A stretch of DNA of 64,000 nt from an uncultured Lachnospiraceae bacterium (GTDB lineage Bacteria > Bacillota > Clostridia > TANB77 > CAG-508), in contig CAZAZX010000001.1 of the NCBI GenBank assembly GCA_964489885.1, positions 98,790 through 162,789 of the forward strand, in the 5' to 3' direction. The notes below the pieces were generated by a model, which saw only the letters and a list, made by a program, of their open reading frames with translations, did not search any database and was not told the origin of the DNA. The translations under genes were made by a program, and so were the position numbers. Shown here piece by piece: positions 9,542 through 22,603 of the stretch (position 1 is its first letter; every line of letters begins with the position of its first letter).

Positions 9542-10681
9542 CTAACCGAAAAATCCACGTTTTTTTACAGGTGGTTGTTCGTTCATTGTTTTTGCAAGTT
9601 TTGTTAGCAACTCTTTTTGTTCTGAAGATAATTTTTTCGGAACTTGAACTGTTACAGTAAATATAAAATCACCCCTAAAGCTTCCATTTACACTTTTAAA
9701 TCCCTTATTTTTTATTACAAACTTAGTTCCTGTTTGTGTTCCATTTGGTATCCTATATTTTTCTTTAGTTCCATCAACCATAGGTATTTGTAAATCCGCT
9801 CCCAAAGTAGCTTGTGTAAATGTTATAGGTATTTCACAAAAAACATTTGACCCATTTCTTGTATAAATACTGTGTCTTTTTAAATGAACAACAATATATA
9901 AATCTCCCTTTTGTGCGCCAACATCTCCAACTTCTCCTTCATGCTGTAAAATTATTGTCTGTCCATCATCAATACCGGCAGGAATTTTTATTTTAATCTT
10001 CGTAGCCTTTCTTACCTTACCTCTACCTCTACATTCTGGGCAAGGTTCTTGAATTATTTTTCCTTCACCATGACAAGCACTACAAGTTCTTGCTGTCTTC
10101 ATTTGTCCCAAAATTGTTGTTACAACTTGTTGAATTTGACCTGTTCCACCACAAACTGAACAAGTTACAGGATGTGTTCCTGGTTTTGCTTTTTCTCCGT
10201 GGCAAGTATTACATTGCTCATAACGATTAATAGAAATTTCTTTTTCTACTCCAGAATATGCCTCTTCAAAAGTAATTTCAATATTATATTTTAAATCAGT
10301 ACCCCTTTTAGGTCCCTGAGTTCTTCTATTATTGCTTCCACCAAAGTCAAAACCAAAACCTTTAAAGAAATCAGAAAAAATATCGTCTCCAAATCCACCA
10401 TAATTAGTATAGGTATATGTTCCGTTTTGCCCATTGAATCCATTAAATCCCTGTGGACCAGCTGAACCAAATTGGTCATACATTTTTCTCTTTTGGCTAT
10501 CAGATAAAGTTTCATACGCTTCATTTAATTCTTTGAACTTTGCTTCGGCTTCTTTTTTGTTATCAGGATTAGCATCTGGATGATATTTTTTAGCAAGTTT
10601 TCTATATGCTTTTTTTATTTCCTCATCAGTTGCATTTTTACTAACACCAAGCACTTCATAATAATCTTTTTTCTCAGCCAT
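9542..10681 (-). CDS. dnaJ: molecular chaperone DnaJ
   Basis: J domain with HPD, G/F-rich region, four CxxCxGxG zinc-finger repeats. Confidence 0.98.
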   Translation of the reverse strand: MAEKKDYYEVLGVSKNATDEEIKKAYRKLAKKYHPDANPDNKKEAEAKFKELNEAYETLSDSQKRKMYDQFGSAGPQGFNGFNGQNGTYTYTNYGGFGDDIFSDFFKGFGFDFGGSNNRRTQGPKRGTDLKYNIEITFEEAYSGVEKEISINRYEQCNTCHGEKAKPGTHPVTCSVCGGTGQIQQVVTTILGQMKTARTCSACHGEGKIIQEPCPECRGRGKVRKATKIKIKIPAGIDDGQTIILQHEGEVGDVGAQKGDLYIVVHLKRHSIYTRNGSNVFCEIPITFTQATLGADLQIPMVDGTKEKYRIPNGTQTGTKFVIKNKGFKSVNGSFRGDFIFTVTVQVPKKLSSEQKELLTKLAKTMNEQPPVKKRGFFG

Positions 10682-10702
10682 CTACTTCATTCCTTTATAG
10701 TA

Positions 10703-12562
<1,860 letters not shown>

Positions 12563-12577
12563 TTAAAATTCCTCCTT

Positions 12578-13129
12578 TTAATTTGCCACTACTACCATAG
12601 AATGGCGTATTACTTTATTTCCTATTTTATAACCTTTTCTGTATTCAAGTGTAATTTCTTTTTCGCCTAAGGTTTCATCTTCAACATGGCTTACAGCCTC
12701 GTGTAATTCTGGGTCAAATGTTTTACCTACTGTCTCAATTTCTTTAACATTTAATGTTGTAAAAATATTTTGCAATTGTTTGACAACCAGTTCTACACCT
12801 TGTTTGTATTGTGTATCTTCAGTTTTAACAGTAACTGCTTTTTCCAAATTGTCAACTGCCGGCAAAATTGCTGAAATTACATCTGCAAGAATAGAGTCAT
12901 ACATACTTTCTCTTTCTTTTGCATTTCTCTTTTTGTAATTTTCAAACTCTGCCATAACTCTTTTATATCTGTCATCTGTTTCGTCAAGTTCTTTTTTTAC
13001 TCCTTCAAGCTCCTTTTTTATATTATCTAAAGAAGCATCAGAAGTATTTTCTTCATTTTCATTAGAGTTTTGTGTTTTAAGTTCTTCTTGTTTTTCTTCG
13101 TTAATGTTGTCTTCTTTTGATTTTTCCAT
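12578..13129 (-). CDS. grpE: nucleotide exchange factor GrpE
   Basis: AEFENYKKR, FDPELHEAV, GYKIGNKVIRHSMVVV; lies between hrcA and dnaK. Confidence 0.97.
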   Translation of the reverse strand: MEKSKEDNINEEKQEELKTQNSNENEENTSDASLDNIKKELEGVKKELDETDDRYKRVMAEFENYKKRNAKERESMYDSILADVISAILPAVDNLEKAVTVKTEDTQYKQGVELVVKQLQNIFTTLNVKEIETVGKTFDPELHEAVSHVEDETLGEKEITLEYRKGYKIGNKVIRHSMVVVAN

Positions 13130-13151
13130 TTTTTACCTCACTTTCTTGAAT

Positions 13152-14171
13152 TTATTCCATATTGTTATATTTTTCGTTCAGTAATTGCTTTATATATTTC
13201 ATTACAGAAATTACTTTTGAATAATCCATTCTTGTTGGTCCAATAATACCAATAGTACCTAAATCTTTATTGTCACATATATTTTTTATAGTAACAATAC
13301 TTAGGTTTTTAAGCTCATCATATTCATTTTCATTTCCAATATATACATTTACCCTTTGTACTCCACCATTCATTAATATATTGTATACTAATTCTTTTGT
13401 ATCTAAGATTTTTAACAGATTTTTTGCAATATCTACATCATTAAATTCAGGAAAATCAAATACTTTATCTTTCCCTTCTAAGTATATATCCGTGCTTTGG
13501 CGAATTACTTTATTCATTTCTGTAATTATAGGTTTAATAATTTTTAATTCATAATTCATTTCTGAATTAATAAATTCCTCCATCGGTAAATCAATCTGAC
13601 TTAATGATTTTCCCCTTAACTTTGCATTAAAAATATAATTTAGATTTTCAACTTGTAATTGAGTAATATCAGAGTCAAACTTTATAATTGATTCTTTTAT
13701 TAAACCTGTATCTGTAAGTATTACAGCCATTAAAACTCTAGAACCTAAAAGAACAAATTTAATGTCTATTATGATATGTGTATCTGTTTTAGGTCCTGTT
13801 GCAATTGATGTATAGTGTGTTATTTCAGATATTGTATTTGATGCAATTTTAGTTAAATCTTCTATTGCATCCACTTTTGTTTGCAATCTTTGACGAATAT
13901 ATGAAATTTCATCATAGCTAAGATTGTCCTCTTTTAGTAATTCATCAACATAAAATCTGTACCCCTTAGCAGAAGGAACTCTTCCAGCTGATGTATGTGG
14001 TTTTTCCAAATAACCTATTTGCTCTAAATCGCTCATTTCGTTTCTAATCGTAGCACTGCTTAAATTTATATCGTAATTTTTTAATATACTTGCTGAGCTA
14101 ACAGGCTCTGCTGTTCCAATATATTCTTCAATGATGGCTTGTAAAATTCTTCTTTTTCTATCATCAAGCAT
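13152..14171 (-). CDS. hrcA: heat-inducible transcription repressor HrcA
   Basis: SSATIRNEMSDLE, PHTSAGRVPSAKGYRFYVD, GIIGPTRMDY. Confidence 0.97.
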   Translation of the reverse strand: MLDDRKRRILQAIIEEYIGTAEPVSSASILKNYDINLSSATIRNEMSDLEQIGYLEKPHTSAGRVPSAKGYRFYVDELLKEDNLSYDEISYIRQRLQTKVDAIEDLTKIASNTISEITHYTSIATGPKTDTHIIIDIKFVLLGSRVLMAVILTDTGLIKESIIKFDSDITQLQVENLNYIFNAKLRGKSLSQIDLPMEEFINSEMNYELKIIKPIITEMNKVIRQSTDIYLEGKDKVFDFPEFNDVDIAKNLLKILDTKELVYNILMNGGVQRVNVYIGNENEYDELKNLSIVTIKNICDNKDLGTIGIIGPTRMDYSKVISVMKYIKQLLNEKYNNME

Positions 14172-14186
14172 ATATTATCACCTCTT

Positions 14187-14213
14187 TTAGCACTTTAATG
14201 TATCGAGTGCTAA
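14187..14213 (-). promoter_or_regulatory. CIRCE operator (HrcA site)
   Basis: Minus strand TTAGCACTC-N9-AAGTGCTAA, one mismatch to consensus, directly upstream of hrcA. Confidence 0.93.
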
Positions 14214-14222
14214 ACTGCTATT

Positions 14223-14251
14223 ATATTATAACCATAATTACCCTTTGTCAA
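14223..14251 (-). promoter_or_regulatory. sigma-A promoter of the hrcA operon
   Basis: TTGACA-17 nt-TAATAT on the minus strand, just upstream of CIRCE. Confidence 0.75.
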
Positions 14252-14295
14252 TACTTTTTAATTAAAATTCACACAATGGACATAAAAAAATCTGT

Positions 14296-14329
14296 AAAAC
14301 AACATCGCCAACTTCGGCGATGCTGTTTT
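14296..14329 (-). terminator. intrinsic terminator after the S4-domain gene
   Basis: AAAACAACATCGCC-AACTTC-GGCGATGCTGTTTT. Confidence 0.7.
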
Positions 14330-14564
14330 ACAGTATTTTAATTATTTCTCCCATATCTTTTACTTGTCTTTCTGGAACCTTTATTATTTCAAATTGTGAT
14401 GTTTTATCTCCAAACTTGATTGTTACTATATCTCCTACTTTTACATCATAACTTGGCTTTACCACTTTTCCATTTATAAGAACACGCCCATTATCTACAA
14501 CTTCATTTGCCACTGTTCTTCTCTTTATCACTCTACTTATTTTTAAAAATTTATCTAATCTCAT
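14328..14564 (-). CDS. S4-domain RNA-binding protein (YabO/RqcP-like)
   Basis: MRLDKFLKISRVIKRRTVA...GRVLINGKVVKPSYDVKVGD. Confidence 0.9.
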   Translation of the reverse strand: MRLDKFLKISRVIKRRTVANEVVDNGRVLINGKVVKPSYDVKVGDIVTIKFGDKTSQFEIIKVPERQVKDMGEIIKIL

Positions 14565-14576
14565 ATAATCCCACCT

Positions 14577-16190
14577 TTAGCTTTCTCTTAATGCTTTTGC
14601 ATGTGCAAGTGCAACCTCTGTTTGTTCACCACTTGCTATTCTTGCAATTTCATTTATTATTTCTTCTTCATTTAATTTTTTTATATGTGTTTTTGTTTGT
14701 TCATTTATAACTTCTTTTGAAATATAAAAATTATCATCTCCTTTTGCAGCAATAACAGCCAAGTGAGTTATGCAAATAACTTGATGTTTTTGTGCTATTA
14801 ATTTTAGCTTTTCTCCCACCTTATTTGCCGCAATTCCGCTAATTCCAGTATCAATTTCATCAAACACTAAAATTGGAACTTGATCTATATCTGCTAATAC
14901 TGTTTTAATTCCAAGCATTATTCTTGAAAGTTCTCCACCTGATGCAATTTTAATTAAAGGTTTATATGTATCTCCAACATTTGTTGCAATTAAAAATTCT
15001 ACCTTATCTAATCCATTTTTATTATATGTTTCTTCAGTACTCCATACTATATCTGTCTTAAACTTAGCATTAACCATTTCCAAATCAACAAGCTGTTCTG
15101 TTATATTTTTATCTAATTTTTTAGCAGTTTCCATTCGTAGTTTATGTAGTTGTTTCGAGATTTTAAGCATTTCAACTTGCACTTTAGAAATTTCTTCTTT
15201 TAAGTTATTATTATATTCTTCTATATTTTCCAATTTTGAAATTTCTTTTTTTAAATCTTCTGCATAATTTAATATTTCTTCTATAGAATTTCCATATTTT
15301 CTTTTTAAAGAAAATATTAAATCCAATCTTTCTTCTGTTTGTTGTCTTTCATTTTCATCAAAGTATATTTCTGATTGTAAATCCGCAATATCTCTTGCAA
15401 GCTCTTCCAAATTATAGTATAGTTCTTGAATATTTTTTAAATTTTCAGAATATTTTGAATCCAAATTTTCTATTTTTTCTAAGTTTCTTTTTGCAATATT
15501 TATTGAATCTAATGAAACCTCTGACAATTGGTAATTTGCACTTGCTAAATTTTCAGATATAGTTTCAGAATTTAACATTAACTTTCTTTGAGCCTCAAGT
15601 CTTTCATCTTCACCAATTTTTAGATTTGCATTTTCAATTTCTTCTAATTGATATTTCAATAAATCTAGCCTTCTTTGTTTTTCTTTATCATCTCCAAAAT
15701 GCTCCTCTAAATCTTTTTTTAATCCATTCCAATGTATATAAAGTTTTAAATATTGTTCTTTTAATTTTAAAAGAGTATCTCCTGCAAATCTATCTAAAAA
15801 TTGTATATGCATTTGTGAATCTAAAATAGATTGATTATCATGCTGACCATGAATGTCTATTATATTTAGCATAAACTCCCTTAGGTCGTTAACATTTACC
15901 ATTCTTCCATTAATTTTGCATACGTTTTTTCCACTTAAATTAATTTCCCTAGAAACAATGACTGAATCTTCATTATTTTCTAAATTAAGACTTGCTTCAA
16001 CAAATGAATAATCTTCACCTGTTCTAATAATTTCTTTTGAAAATCTTCCTCCAGCTAGTATTTTTAAAGCATCTATAATTAAAGTTTTTCCAGCACCTGT
16101 TTCTCCTGTTAACACATTAAAATTAGGTCCAAAATCAATATTTAAATCTTCAATAATTCCTATATTTCTGATGTGTATGCTAGTTATCAT
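14577..16190 (-). CDS. recN: DNA repair protein RecN
   Basis: LTGETGAGKT, IHGQHD, ASGGELSRIML, LVFDEIDTGISG, ITHLAVIAA. Start placed at ATG 16190. Confidence 0.96.
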   Translation of the reverse strand: MITSIHIRNIGIIEDLNIDFGPNFNVLTGETGAGKTLIIDALKILAGGRFSKEIIRTGEDYSFVEASLNLENNEDSVIVSREINLSGKNVCKINGRMVNVNDLREFMLNIIDIHGQHDNQSILDSQMHIQFLDRFAGDTLLKLKEQYLKLYIHWNGLKKDLEEHFGDDKEKQRRLDLLKYQLEEIENANLKIGEDERLEAQRKLMLNSETISENLASANYQLSEVSLDSINIAKRNLEKIENLDSKYSENLKNIQELYYNLEELARDIADLQSEIYFDENERQQTEERLDLIFSLKRKYGNSIEEILNYAEDLKKEISKLENIEEYNNNLKEEISKVQVEMLKISKQLHKLRMETAKKLDKNITEQLVDLEMVNAKFKTDIVWSTEETYNKNGLDKVEFLIATNVGDTYKPLIKIASGGELSRIMLGIKTVLADIDQVPILVFDEIDTGISGIAANKVGEKLKLIAQKHQVICITHLAVIAAKGDDNFYISKEVINEQTKTHIKKLNEEEIINEIARIASGEQTEVALAHAKALRES

Positions 16191-16249
16191 ATATTTTCTC
16201 AACTCCTATTTTATATTAATTTTGTATTTTCTTCAATATTTTTTAGCTT

Positions 16250-16849
16250 TTACCCATATCTTTTGTTAAATAAACCATTATAATTGTTTTGACCTATTTT
16301 AATAATTTTTTTATTATTTTTTCTATTTAAAATTAGCATTTTTATTATATGTATTAAATCAAATACGATAATACAGCTAAAATCTAAATCTATGGTATTT
16401 TTATTTGAATATATTGGTGTCACAACAAAAAAATGTTTTTTGGGATTATATTTTTTTGTATGATTACCAATAAATATCCCAATAAATGTTGAAATCATAG
16501 CAATTAGCATTGATGTTAATATTGCATCTTCGGTTCCTATATGCAATGATAAATTAAACTTATCAATATTGTAATCTATTTTTTTCATTTTCTTTAGTAA
16601 TTTGCTTGTACTATTATTTTTTGGATTATATTTTACGATTTTTTTTAAAGGCTTAATCTTCCTTTTATTAATTGAAATTCCTGCATATTTTATTTTATTT
16701 GCAATTAACAATTGTATTTTTATTAAAAAATCCAATTTAATATCATTAGACTCTGGCTTTTTGATTATTCTTATATAATTAACATCTATTCTAACTTTTG
16801 TTATTGTTAATAAAATAATAAGAATTAATAATAAAAAGACTAAAATCAT
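16250..16849 (-). CDS. DUF2953/YtfI-like protein
   Basis: N-terminal TM, LHIGTEDAILT motif; typical position downstream of scp genes. Confidence 0.6.
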   Translation of the reverse strand: MILVFLLLILIILLTITKVRIDVNYIRIIKKPESNDIKLDFLIKIQLLIANKIKYAGISINKRKIKPLKKIVKYNPKNNSTSKLLKKMKKIDYNIDKFNLSLHIGTEDAILTSMLIAMISTFIGIFIGNHTKKYNPKKHFFVVTPIYSNKNTIDLDFSCIIVFDLIHIIKMLILNRKNNKKIIKIGQNNYNGLFNKRYG

Positions 16850-16905
16850 AGATATCCTCCATAATAATTAGTCTTTCCATTCATTTATGTTTTATTCAAA
16901 TATAA

Positions 16906-17664
16906 CTATTTACTTTTTCGGTTTACTTTACTAACTACAATGTCTCCAAAAAGTTCATTTTGTTCTACAGTTACTTTATTTCTTCTATTTAGCTCAAGTA
17001 GTCCAGAAAAAGCAGTTATAATTTCCATTTTCGAACATTTGCTTGTTGAAAATAATTTTCCAAAAACAAAACTAGAATTCCTAATAAGTTCTCTAAAAAT
17101 ATCCTTTAATTTGCTCGTAACGCTTATTGTTTCTCTAATTGCTATTTTTTCAATATTTTTTGAATTTTCATTGATTCTCTCTTTACTTATTTTTATCAAC
17201 TTCAAATATATAGTTTCCAATTTTTCTTTTTCGTATACATTCTCTAATTTTTGCGGTTTTAATGCTATTTCGTCTTGCTTTTTAAATAATCTATTTTTAT
17301 ATTTATCATAATTTTCTTTTAACATTTGCGATACTTGTTTATATCTTTTGTATTCAATAATTTTATTTAGCAATTCTTCTTCAGTCAACTCTGCTTCATC
17401 TTCTACCTCTTTTGGCAAAAGGCTTTTTGACTTTATCAAAACCAAATTTGATGCCATTATTAAAAACTCACTTGCGATTTCTAGATTCATTTTCTCATTA
17501 GCACTTAGAAATTCTAAATATTGGTCAGCTATTTCTGAAATTTTTACTTCTGAAATCTCCATTTTATTTTTATCGATAAGATAGCAAAGCAAATCTAAAG
17601 GTCCTTCAAAGTTATCAATTTTTATAGCATATTTATTTGTTTCCAATGTTAAAACATTGTTCAT
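16906..17664 (-). CDS. scpA: segregation and condensation protein A
   Basis: FEGPLDLLCYLI, EFLIMASNLVLIKSKSLLP, FSGLLEL, EQNELFGDI. Confidence 0.93.
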   Translation of the reverse strand: MNNVLTLETNKYAIKIDNFEGPLDLLCYLIDKNKMEISEVKISEIADQYLEFLSANEKMNLEIASEFLIMASNLVLIKSKSLLPKEVEDEAELTEEELLNKIIEYKRYKQVSQMLKENYDKYKNRLFKKQDEIALKPQKLENVYEKEKLETIYLKLIKISKERINENSKNIEKIAIRETISVTSKLKDIFRELIRNSSFVFGKLFSTSKCSKMEIITAFSGLLELNRRNKVTVEQNELFGDIVVSKVNRKSK

Positions 17665-17704
17665 TACTTAAATCATTCCTTTCTGCCTATTAAATATTGA
17701 ATTT

Positions 17705-18148
17705 TTATTCCTCTTCTATAGCATAGTTTATGCTTTCCTCTCTATATCCTTTTTTCTTCAGAAATATTATTATATCTTTTTTATCTAAGTTTGATGATTT
17801 TTTTATATATATTTTTTTTGCACATTTTTTTTCATATTCTTCTAATTTTTCTTCGTTTTTTTCAAAGTAATCATCTATGATTTTACTGCTTAAACCTTTT
17901 GAAAATAATTTATATGAAATTTCTTTTATAGAAAGAGTTCTTAAATACATAAATTCGTTTACAGCTCTTTCTATATAATTATTGTCATTTATATAACCCA
18001 ATTCTTTTAAATAGTCTATAACATCATCAAGCATATTTTCGCTAACATCTTTAAATTTTAGCCTTATTTCATATTCTGTTCTTTTCTTATATAAAACATA
18101 TTTTAGTACTTTGGTTTTTAGTGCATCAAACTCTACTAATTCATCCAT
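17705..18148 (-). CDS. recX: regulatory protein RecX
   Basis: RTEYEIRLK, LKELGYINDNNY, KLFSKGL, FLKKKGY; directly downstream of recA. Confidence 0.85.
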   Translation of the reverse strand: MDELVEFDALKTKVLKYVLYKKRTEYEIRLKFKDVSENMLDDVIDYLKELGYINDNNYIERAVNEFMYLRTLSIKEISYKLFSKGLSSKIIDDYFEKNEEKLEEYEKKCAKKIYIKKSSNLDKKDIIIFLKKKGYREESINYAIEEE

Positions 18149-18174
18149 AAAATCTTACCTTATTTATATTTTAT

Positions 18175-19227
18175 TTATTCCTTTTCATCATCATCTTCTT
18201 TTTTATTTCCACCATCTAAACTCTGTTCAAAAGCTTGTTCAAAGTTTTCTCTAATTTTTGCTTCAATTTCATTCATAAATTCTGGATTATCTTGTAAATA
18301 CTTTTTAATATTTTCTCTACCCTGTCCTAATCTATTTCCATTATAGCTGAACCATGATCCGCTCTTCTCAATTATATCTAAGTTCACAGCCATATCTAAG
18401 ATATTTCCAGCTTTTGAAATTCCTTCTCCATAAATAATATCAAATTCAGCCTCTCTAAATGGTGGTGCAACCTTGTTTTTTACCACTTTAACTCTTGCTC
18501 TACTTCCTATTACATTACCATCTTGTTTAATATTTTCAGTCCTTCTAATATCCATTCTAACAGATGCATAGAATTTTAATGCTCTACCACCAGTTGTTGT
18601 TTCTGGATTTCCAAACATAACACCAATTTTCTCTCTTAATTGGTTAATGAATATTAAAACTGTTTTTGATTTGTTTATGACACCTGCAAGTTTCCTTAAT
18701 GCTTGTGACATTAATCTAGCTTGCAAACCCATGTGAGAATCTCCCATATCTCCATCTATTTCAGCCTTTGGAACAAGGGCTGCAACAGAATCAACAACAA
18801 CAACATCTAGTGCTCCGCTTCTTACTAATGCTTCAACTATTTCTAAAGCTTGTTCTCCAGTATCAGGTTGTGAAACAATCAAATTATCAATGTCCACTCC
18901 TAATTTTTTTGCATAAACAGGATCTAAGGCATGTTCAGCATCTATAAAAGCTGCCTCTCCTCCATCTTTTTGTGCTTCTGCAATTATATGCAAAGCAAGT
19001 GTTGTTTTACCTGAAGATTCTGGTCCATATATTTCTACTATTCTTCCTCTAGGAACTCCACCAATTCCTAAAGCTACATCTAAACTAAGTGCACCTGTTG
19101 GTATGGCTTCAACATTCATTGCAGTATATTCTCCTAGTTTCATAATTGAACCTTTTCCAAATTGTTTTTCAATTTGGTTCATAGCAACATCTAATGCTTT
19201 TTTCTTTTCTGCATTCTCTATACTCAT
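18175..19227 (-). CDS. recA: recombinase RecA
   Basis: [32 protein letters not shown]. Start at ATG 19227 after a GGAGG RBS. Confidence 0.99.
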   Translation of the reverse strand: MSIENAEKKKALDVAMNQIEKQFGKGSIMKLGEYTAMNVEAIPTGALSLDVALGIGGVPRGRIVEIYGPESSGKTTLALHIIAEAQKDGGEAAFIDAEHALDPVYAKKLGVDIDNLIVSQPDTGEQALEIVEALVRSGALDVVVVDSVAALVPKAEIDGDMGDSHMGLQARLMSQALRKLAGVINKSKTVLIFINQLREKIGVMFGNPETTTGGRALKFYASVRMDIRRTENIKQDGNVIGSRARVKVVKNKVAPPFREAEFDIIYGEGISKAGNILDMAVNLDIIEKSGSWFSYNGNRLGQGRENIKKYLQDNPEFMNEIEAKIRENFEQAFEQSLDGGNKKEDDDEKE

Positions 19228-19245
19228 TTTTATTTCCTCCCATTT

Positions 19246-19259
19246 CAAACATTTGTTTG
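19246..19259. promoter_or_regulatory. probable LexA/DinR (Cheo) SOS box upstream of recA
   Basis: CAAACAAATGTTTG (minus strand), close to Firmicute CGAACRNRYGTTYG. Confidence 0.6.
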
Positions 19260-19300
19260 CATTAATTATATATCTTAAATTTTATTTGTCAACAATTTTT

Positions 19301-20894
19301 TTAATTTTCTCTATACCAATTTTCTATATTATAAAAAATGTTATACCAAGTTGGACTTAAATCCCCTACTAAACTAGAACTATATATTAAATATTCACGA
19401 CTTCTGTATAATGAAATATAAGGTACTTCTTCTTGATATTTCTCTTGCATTTTTTTATAATATTCTTTAATCATTTTTGAATCGCTAATATTTCTAATTG
19501 AATTCATAATTTTGCTAATTTCATCATTTGAATAATTTGCTAAATTACCATTACCAAAATAGCGTGTTAAATCTGGATTAGTTCCCAAATTTGTTCCTGC
19601 TAATATCAAGTCATAATTTTTATTTTCTAAATAAGCTCTATATTGGTCATCAGAAACTTGTCTAATATTAACTATAATTCCTATGTCTGCTAACTGATTC
19701 TTTATGCTTTCAGCAACTGCACACCTATGTACATTTGAGGCATTTACAATAAGGCTGAAATTTGTTTTTAAAGTTCTATAGTTTTCAAATTTAGACCATG
19801 TTCCATATTGAAGTAACCATCCATTATCTTCTAAAATTTTCTTTGCTGCTTCAGAATTAAATTGAATTACTCCAACATCATTTGAATATAGTCCATTTCC
19901 ATAATCTAATGGATCATTTGCAATATAATAATTATTATTAAAAATTGTTGCAATAATATTATTCTTATCTATTGCAGATGCTATAGCTTGTCTAACTTCT
20001 TTTTTAGCTAAAACAGTATTTTTTAGATTCATTACCAAAAAATCATATTCTCTTCCTTGATAGTCTTTTACCTCAAAACCTATTTTACCAATATATTGAC
20101 TAAAATTTACATTAGTAGTTGGAATTAAATCTATGTTTCCAATTTTAAATGCGTTATATACCTCACCCATTGAACTATATAAATTAAGTGTTATTGTATC
20201 TAATTTTGCATTTTTTTCTGAAATATTCCACCATTGGTCATTTTTTACAATTCCTATATATGTACCTTGCACATCTTTTATTTTGTACATTCCTGTACCC
20301 ATTGGAACTTTTGCACTTTGTACAAAATCGTCATCTATGTAATAATGATATGGCATAATTGGAAAAATTAAATTATATTCAAAAAAAGGGTCATCTTCAC
20401 TTAAATTTATTTTTATCGTATGGTCATCAATAATATTTAAACTTGTAATATCCTTCACATTTTCTTGATATATTGATGCAAATGTCCCTTCCTTTAATTT
20501 GTCAATTGTAAATTGAACATCTTGTGCAACAAGTGGCATTCCATCATGCCAAGTCACATCATCTCTAAGTTTAATTAAATATGTGTTATCACCTGTTTTT
20601 GAATATTCTTTTGCTAAACAATTACTAAGAGTAAAATCATTATTAAGAGTTAACAATGGCTCAAATATCAATTTGTCTACATATTGCACTGTTTTATTAG
20701 TACTGATTAGCGGATTCATAGTATCATACTTAGAAACACCCATTCTTAAATTTGTTAGAACTTGTTTTTTTGGTTCTTCAGCGACTTGACTTTCTCCGAA
20801 CATTTTCTTTGTGATTTTGTTGATAAATTGTATATGAAGCAAAAACAACTAAGCCTATTACAACAATAATAAAAATATATTTAAATACCTTCAA
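19301..20894 (-). CDS. ABC transporter substrate-binding protein, family 5 (OppA/NikA-like); reconstructed across +1 site at CGG 20796-20798
   Basis: TTG start at 20894 gives a signal/anchor (MKVFKYIFIIVVIGLVVFASYTIY...ENV), then GTT-C-GGA joins the long ORF (GESQVAEEP). Motifs LIFEPL, WHDG.PL.A.DV.FT, PMGTGMYK, VRQAIASAID. Confidence 0.8.
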
Positions 20895-21039
20895 AATATC
20901 CACCTCTAACTTTACAGTATCATATACTAAAAGCATAAAATTTTCAAGTGAATTAAATCATAAAAAATACAAAAAGGGGGCTAAACATAAAATAAAATGC
21001 TTAACCCCCATATAACTTGAATAAAGCAACAAATGCTTT

Positions 21040-21303
21040 TTATTTTCTTGATTCAACAATCAATTTTATTCCAGTTCTATCTTCTCCTTCAACTTGAACT
21101 TCAGCAAATGCAGGTATGCAAACCAAATCAACTCCAGCAGGAGCAACGAATCCTCTTGCTATTGCAATTGCCTTAACTGCTTGATTCAATGCACCAGCAC
21201 CTATTGCTTGCATTTCTGCCTTTTGAGTTTCTTTTACTAATCCTGCTATCGCACCAGCTACTGAATTTGGATTTGATTTTGATGAGATTTTTAAAATTTC
21301 CAT
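21040..21303 (-). CDS. spoVS: stage V sporulation protein S
   Basis: MEILKISSKSNPNSVAGAIAG...QAIGAGALNQAVKAIAIARGFVAP. Confidence 0.96.
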   Translation of the reverse strand: MEILKISSKSNPNSVAGAIAGLVKETQKAEMQAIGAGALNQAVKAIAIARGFVAPAGVDLVCIPAFAEVQVEGEDRTGIKLIVESRK

Positions 21304-21473
21304 TTTTACGACCTTTCCTTTCATAAAGTCAATTCTTAATTTTTGACTTTCATAAATATTTTTGTTTTACAAACTACAAATATATTTATAATATATTTTA
21401 TATAAAAAGTCTAGTGATTTTATGGTAAAAAAAGGAAATTTCATCGCGTATAATTACTGTTTTTCGGCACATT

Positions 21474-22244
21474 CTACAATTTTATTCTACTTATTTTAAT
21501 TGTTCGACAATCTTCATCATTAATATCAAAAATACATGCATTAAACATTGCCTCTCCTCCAGCTACTGCATATCTTTCTGGTAAAGAAGTAGTAAATCTT
21601 TTTAGTGATGCTTCTAAATTCATTCCAATAACAGATTTTTTTGGTCCTGTCATACCTATATCTGTAATATAAGCTGTACCTTTTTCAAGTATTGTTTCAT
21701 CAGCTGTTTGTACATGAGTATGTGTACCATAAACAACATTTACCCTTCCATCTAGAAAATAACCCATAGCAATTTTCTCAGCCGTAGCTTCAGCATGAAA
21801 ATCTACAATTATAATATCTACATTTTTTCCTATTTTTTTTATTATTTCATCTATAGCAGTAAATGGGTTATCTGACAATACATTTAAGGAAGCTCTGCCT
21901 ATTAAATTTATTACAGCTATTTTCTTTCCATTACATTCATAAATTCCATATCTATTTCCTGGAACACCTTTACTATAATTTGCTGGAACCAACAATTTTT
22001 TGTTATTTATAATTTTAAATATATCTTTTTTTCCCCAAGTATGGTTTCCCATTGTAATTACATCTACACCTGTTTCTATCAATTCATAAAATATTTTTTC
22101 AGTAATTCCCATTCCATCTGCTGAGTTTTCTGCATTTACAATTATAAAATCTATTTTTTCTTTTTCTCTAATATTTTTTAACACTTCTTTTGCTTTATTT
22201 ACTCCAGCTTGCCCAACTATATCTCCTACTGCAATAACTCTCAT
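21474..22244 (-). CDS. ymdB: YmdB-like metallophosphoesterase (TIGR00282)
   Basis: GDIVG, NAENSA, TMGNHTW, VDFHAEATAEK, GTHTHVQTADE, TDIGMTGP. Confidence 0.92.
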   Translation of the reverse strand: MRVIAVGDIVGQAGVNKAKEVLKNIREKEKIDFIIVNAENSADGMGITEKIFYELIETGVDVITMGNHTWGKKDIFKIINNKKLLVPANYSKGVPGNRYGIYECNGKKIAVINLIGRASLNVLSDNPFTAIDEIIKKIGKNVDIIIVDFHAEATAEKIAMGYFLDGRVNVVYGTHTHVQTADETILEKGTAYITDIGMTGPKKSVIGMNLEASLKRFTTSLPERYAVAGGEAMFNACIFDINDEDCRTIKISRIKL

Positions 22245-22456
22245 ATTGCCACATCCTTTCAATTAATTATTAAATTTAAAATATCAATCATTATTATATG
22301 TATTATATTATAACACATATTTTTTTAATAATATATTAAAAGTAAAAAAATAAGCCGATGTAAATCGACTTTTAAAAATGATATAATATCAAATTGTGAT
22401 TTGTGAAAACTCGCTTGTATCAATGTTCTCCACGTTGTTCTAAGTAAATCCATCAT

Positions 22457-22539
22457 TGGTGCCCGAGGTGGGACTCGAACCCACATGGTTTCCCGCACGA
22501 TTTTGAGTCGTGTGCGTCTGCCAATTCCGCCACTTGGGC
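22457..22539 (-). tRNA. tRNA-Leu (anticodon CAA)
   Basis: GCCCAAGTGGCGGAATTGGCAGACGCACACGACTCAAAATCGTG...GGTTCGAGTCCCACCTCGGGCACCA; long variable arm, encoded CCA. Confidence 0.96.
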
Positions 22540-22603
22540 AAATATATACAAAACTTTTAACGTCTTGTATATACTAACATATTTTTTTAATATTGTCTAG
22601 CTT

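Noticed and set aside
22457-22539. tRNA-Leu as an integration site for an island
   Set aside because: No duplicated tRNA 3' end and no integrase in the window.
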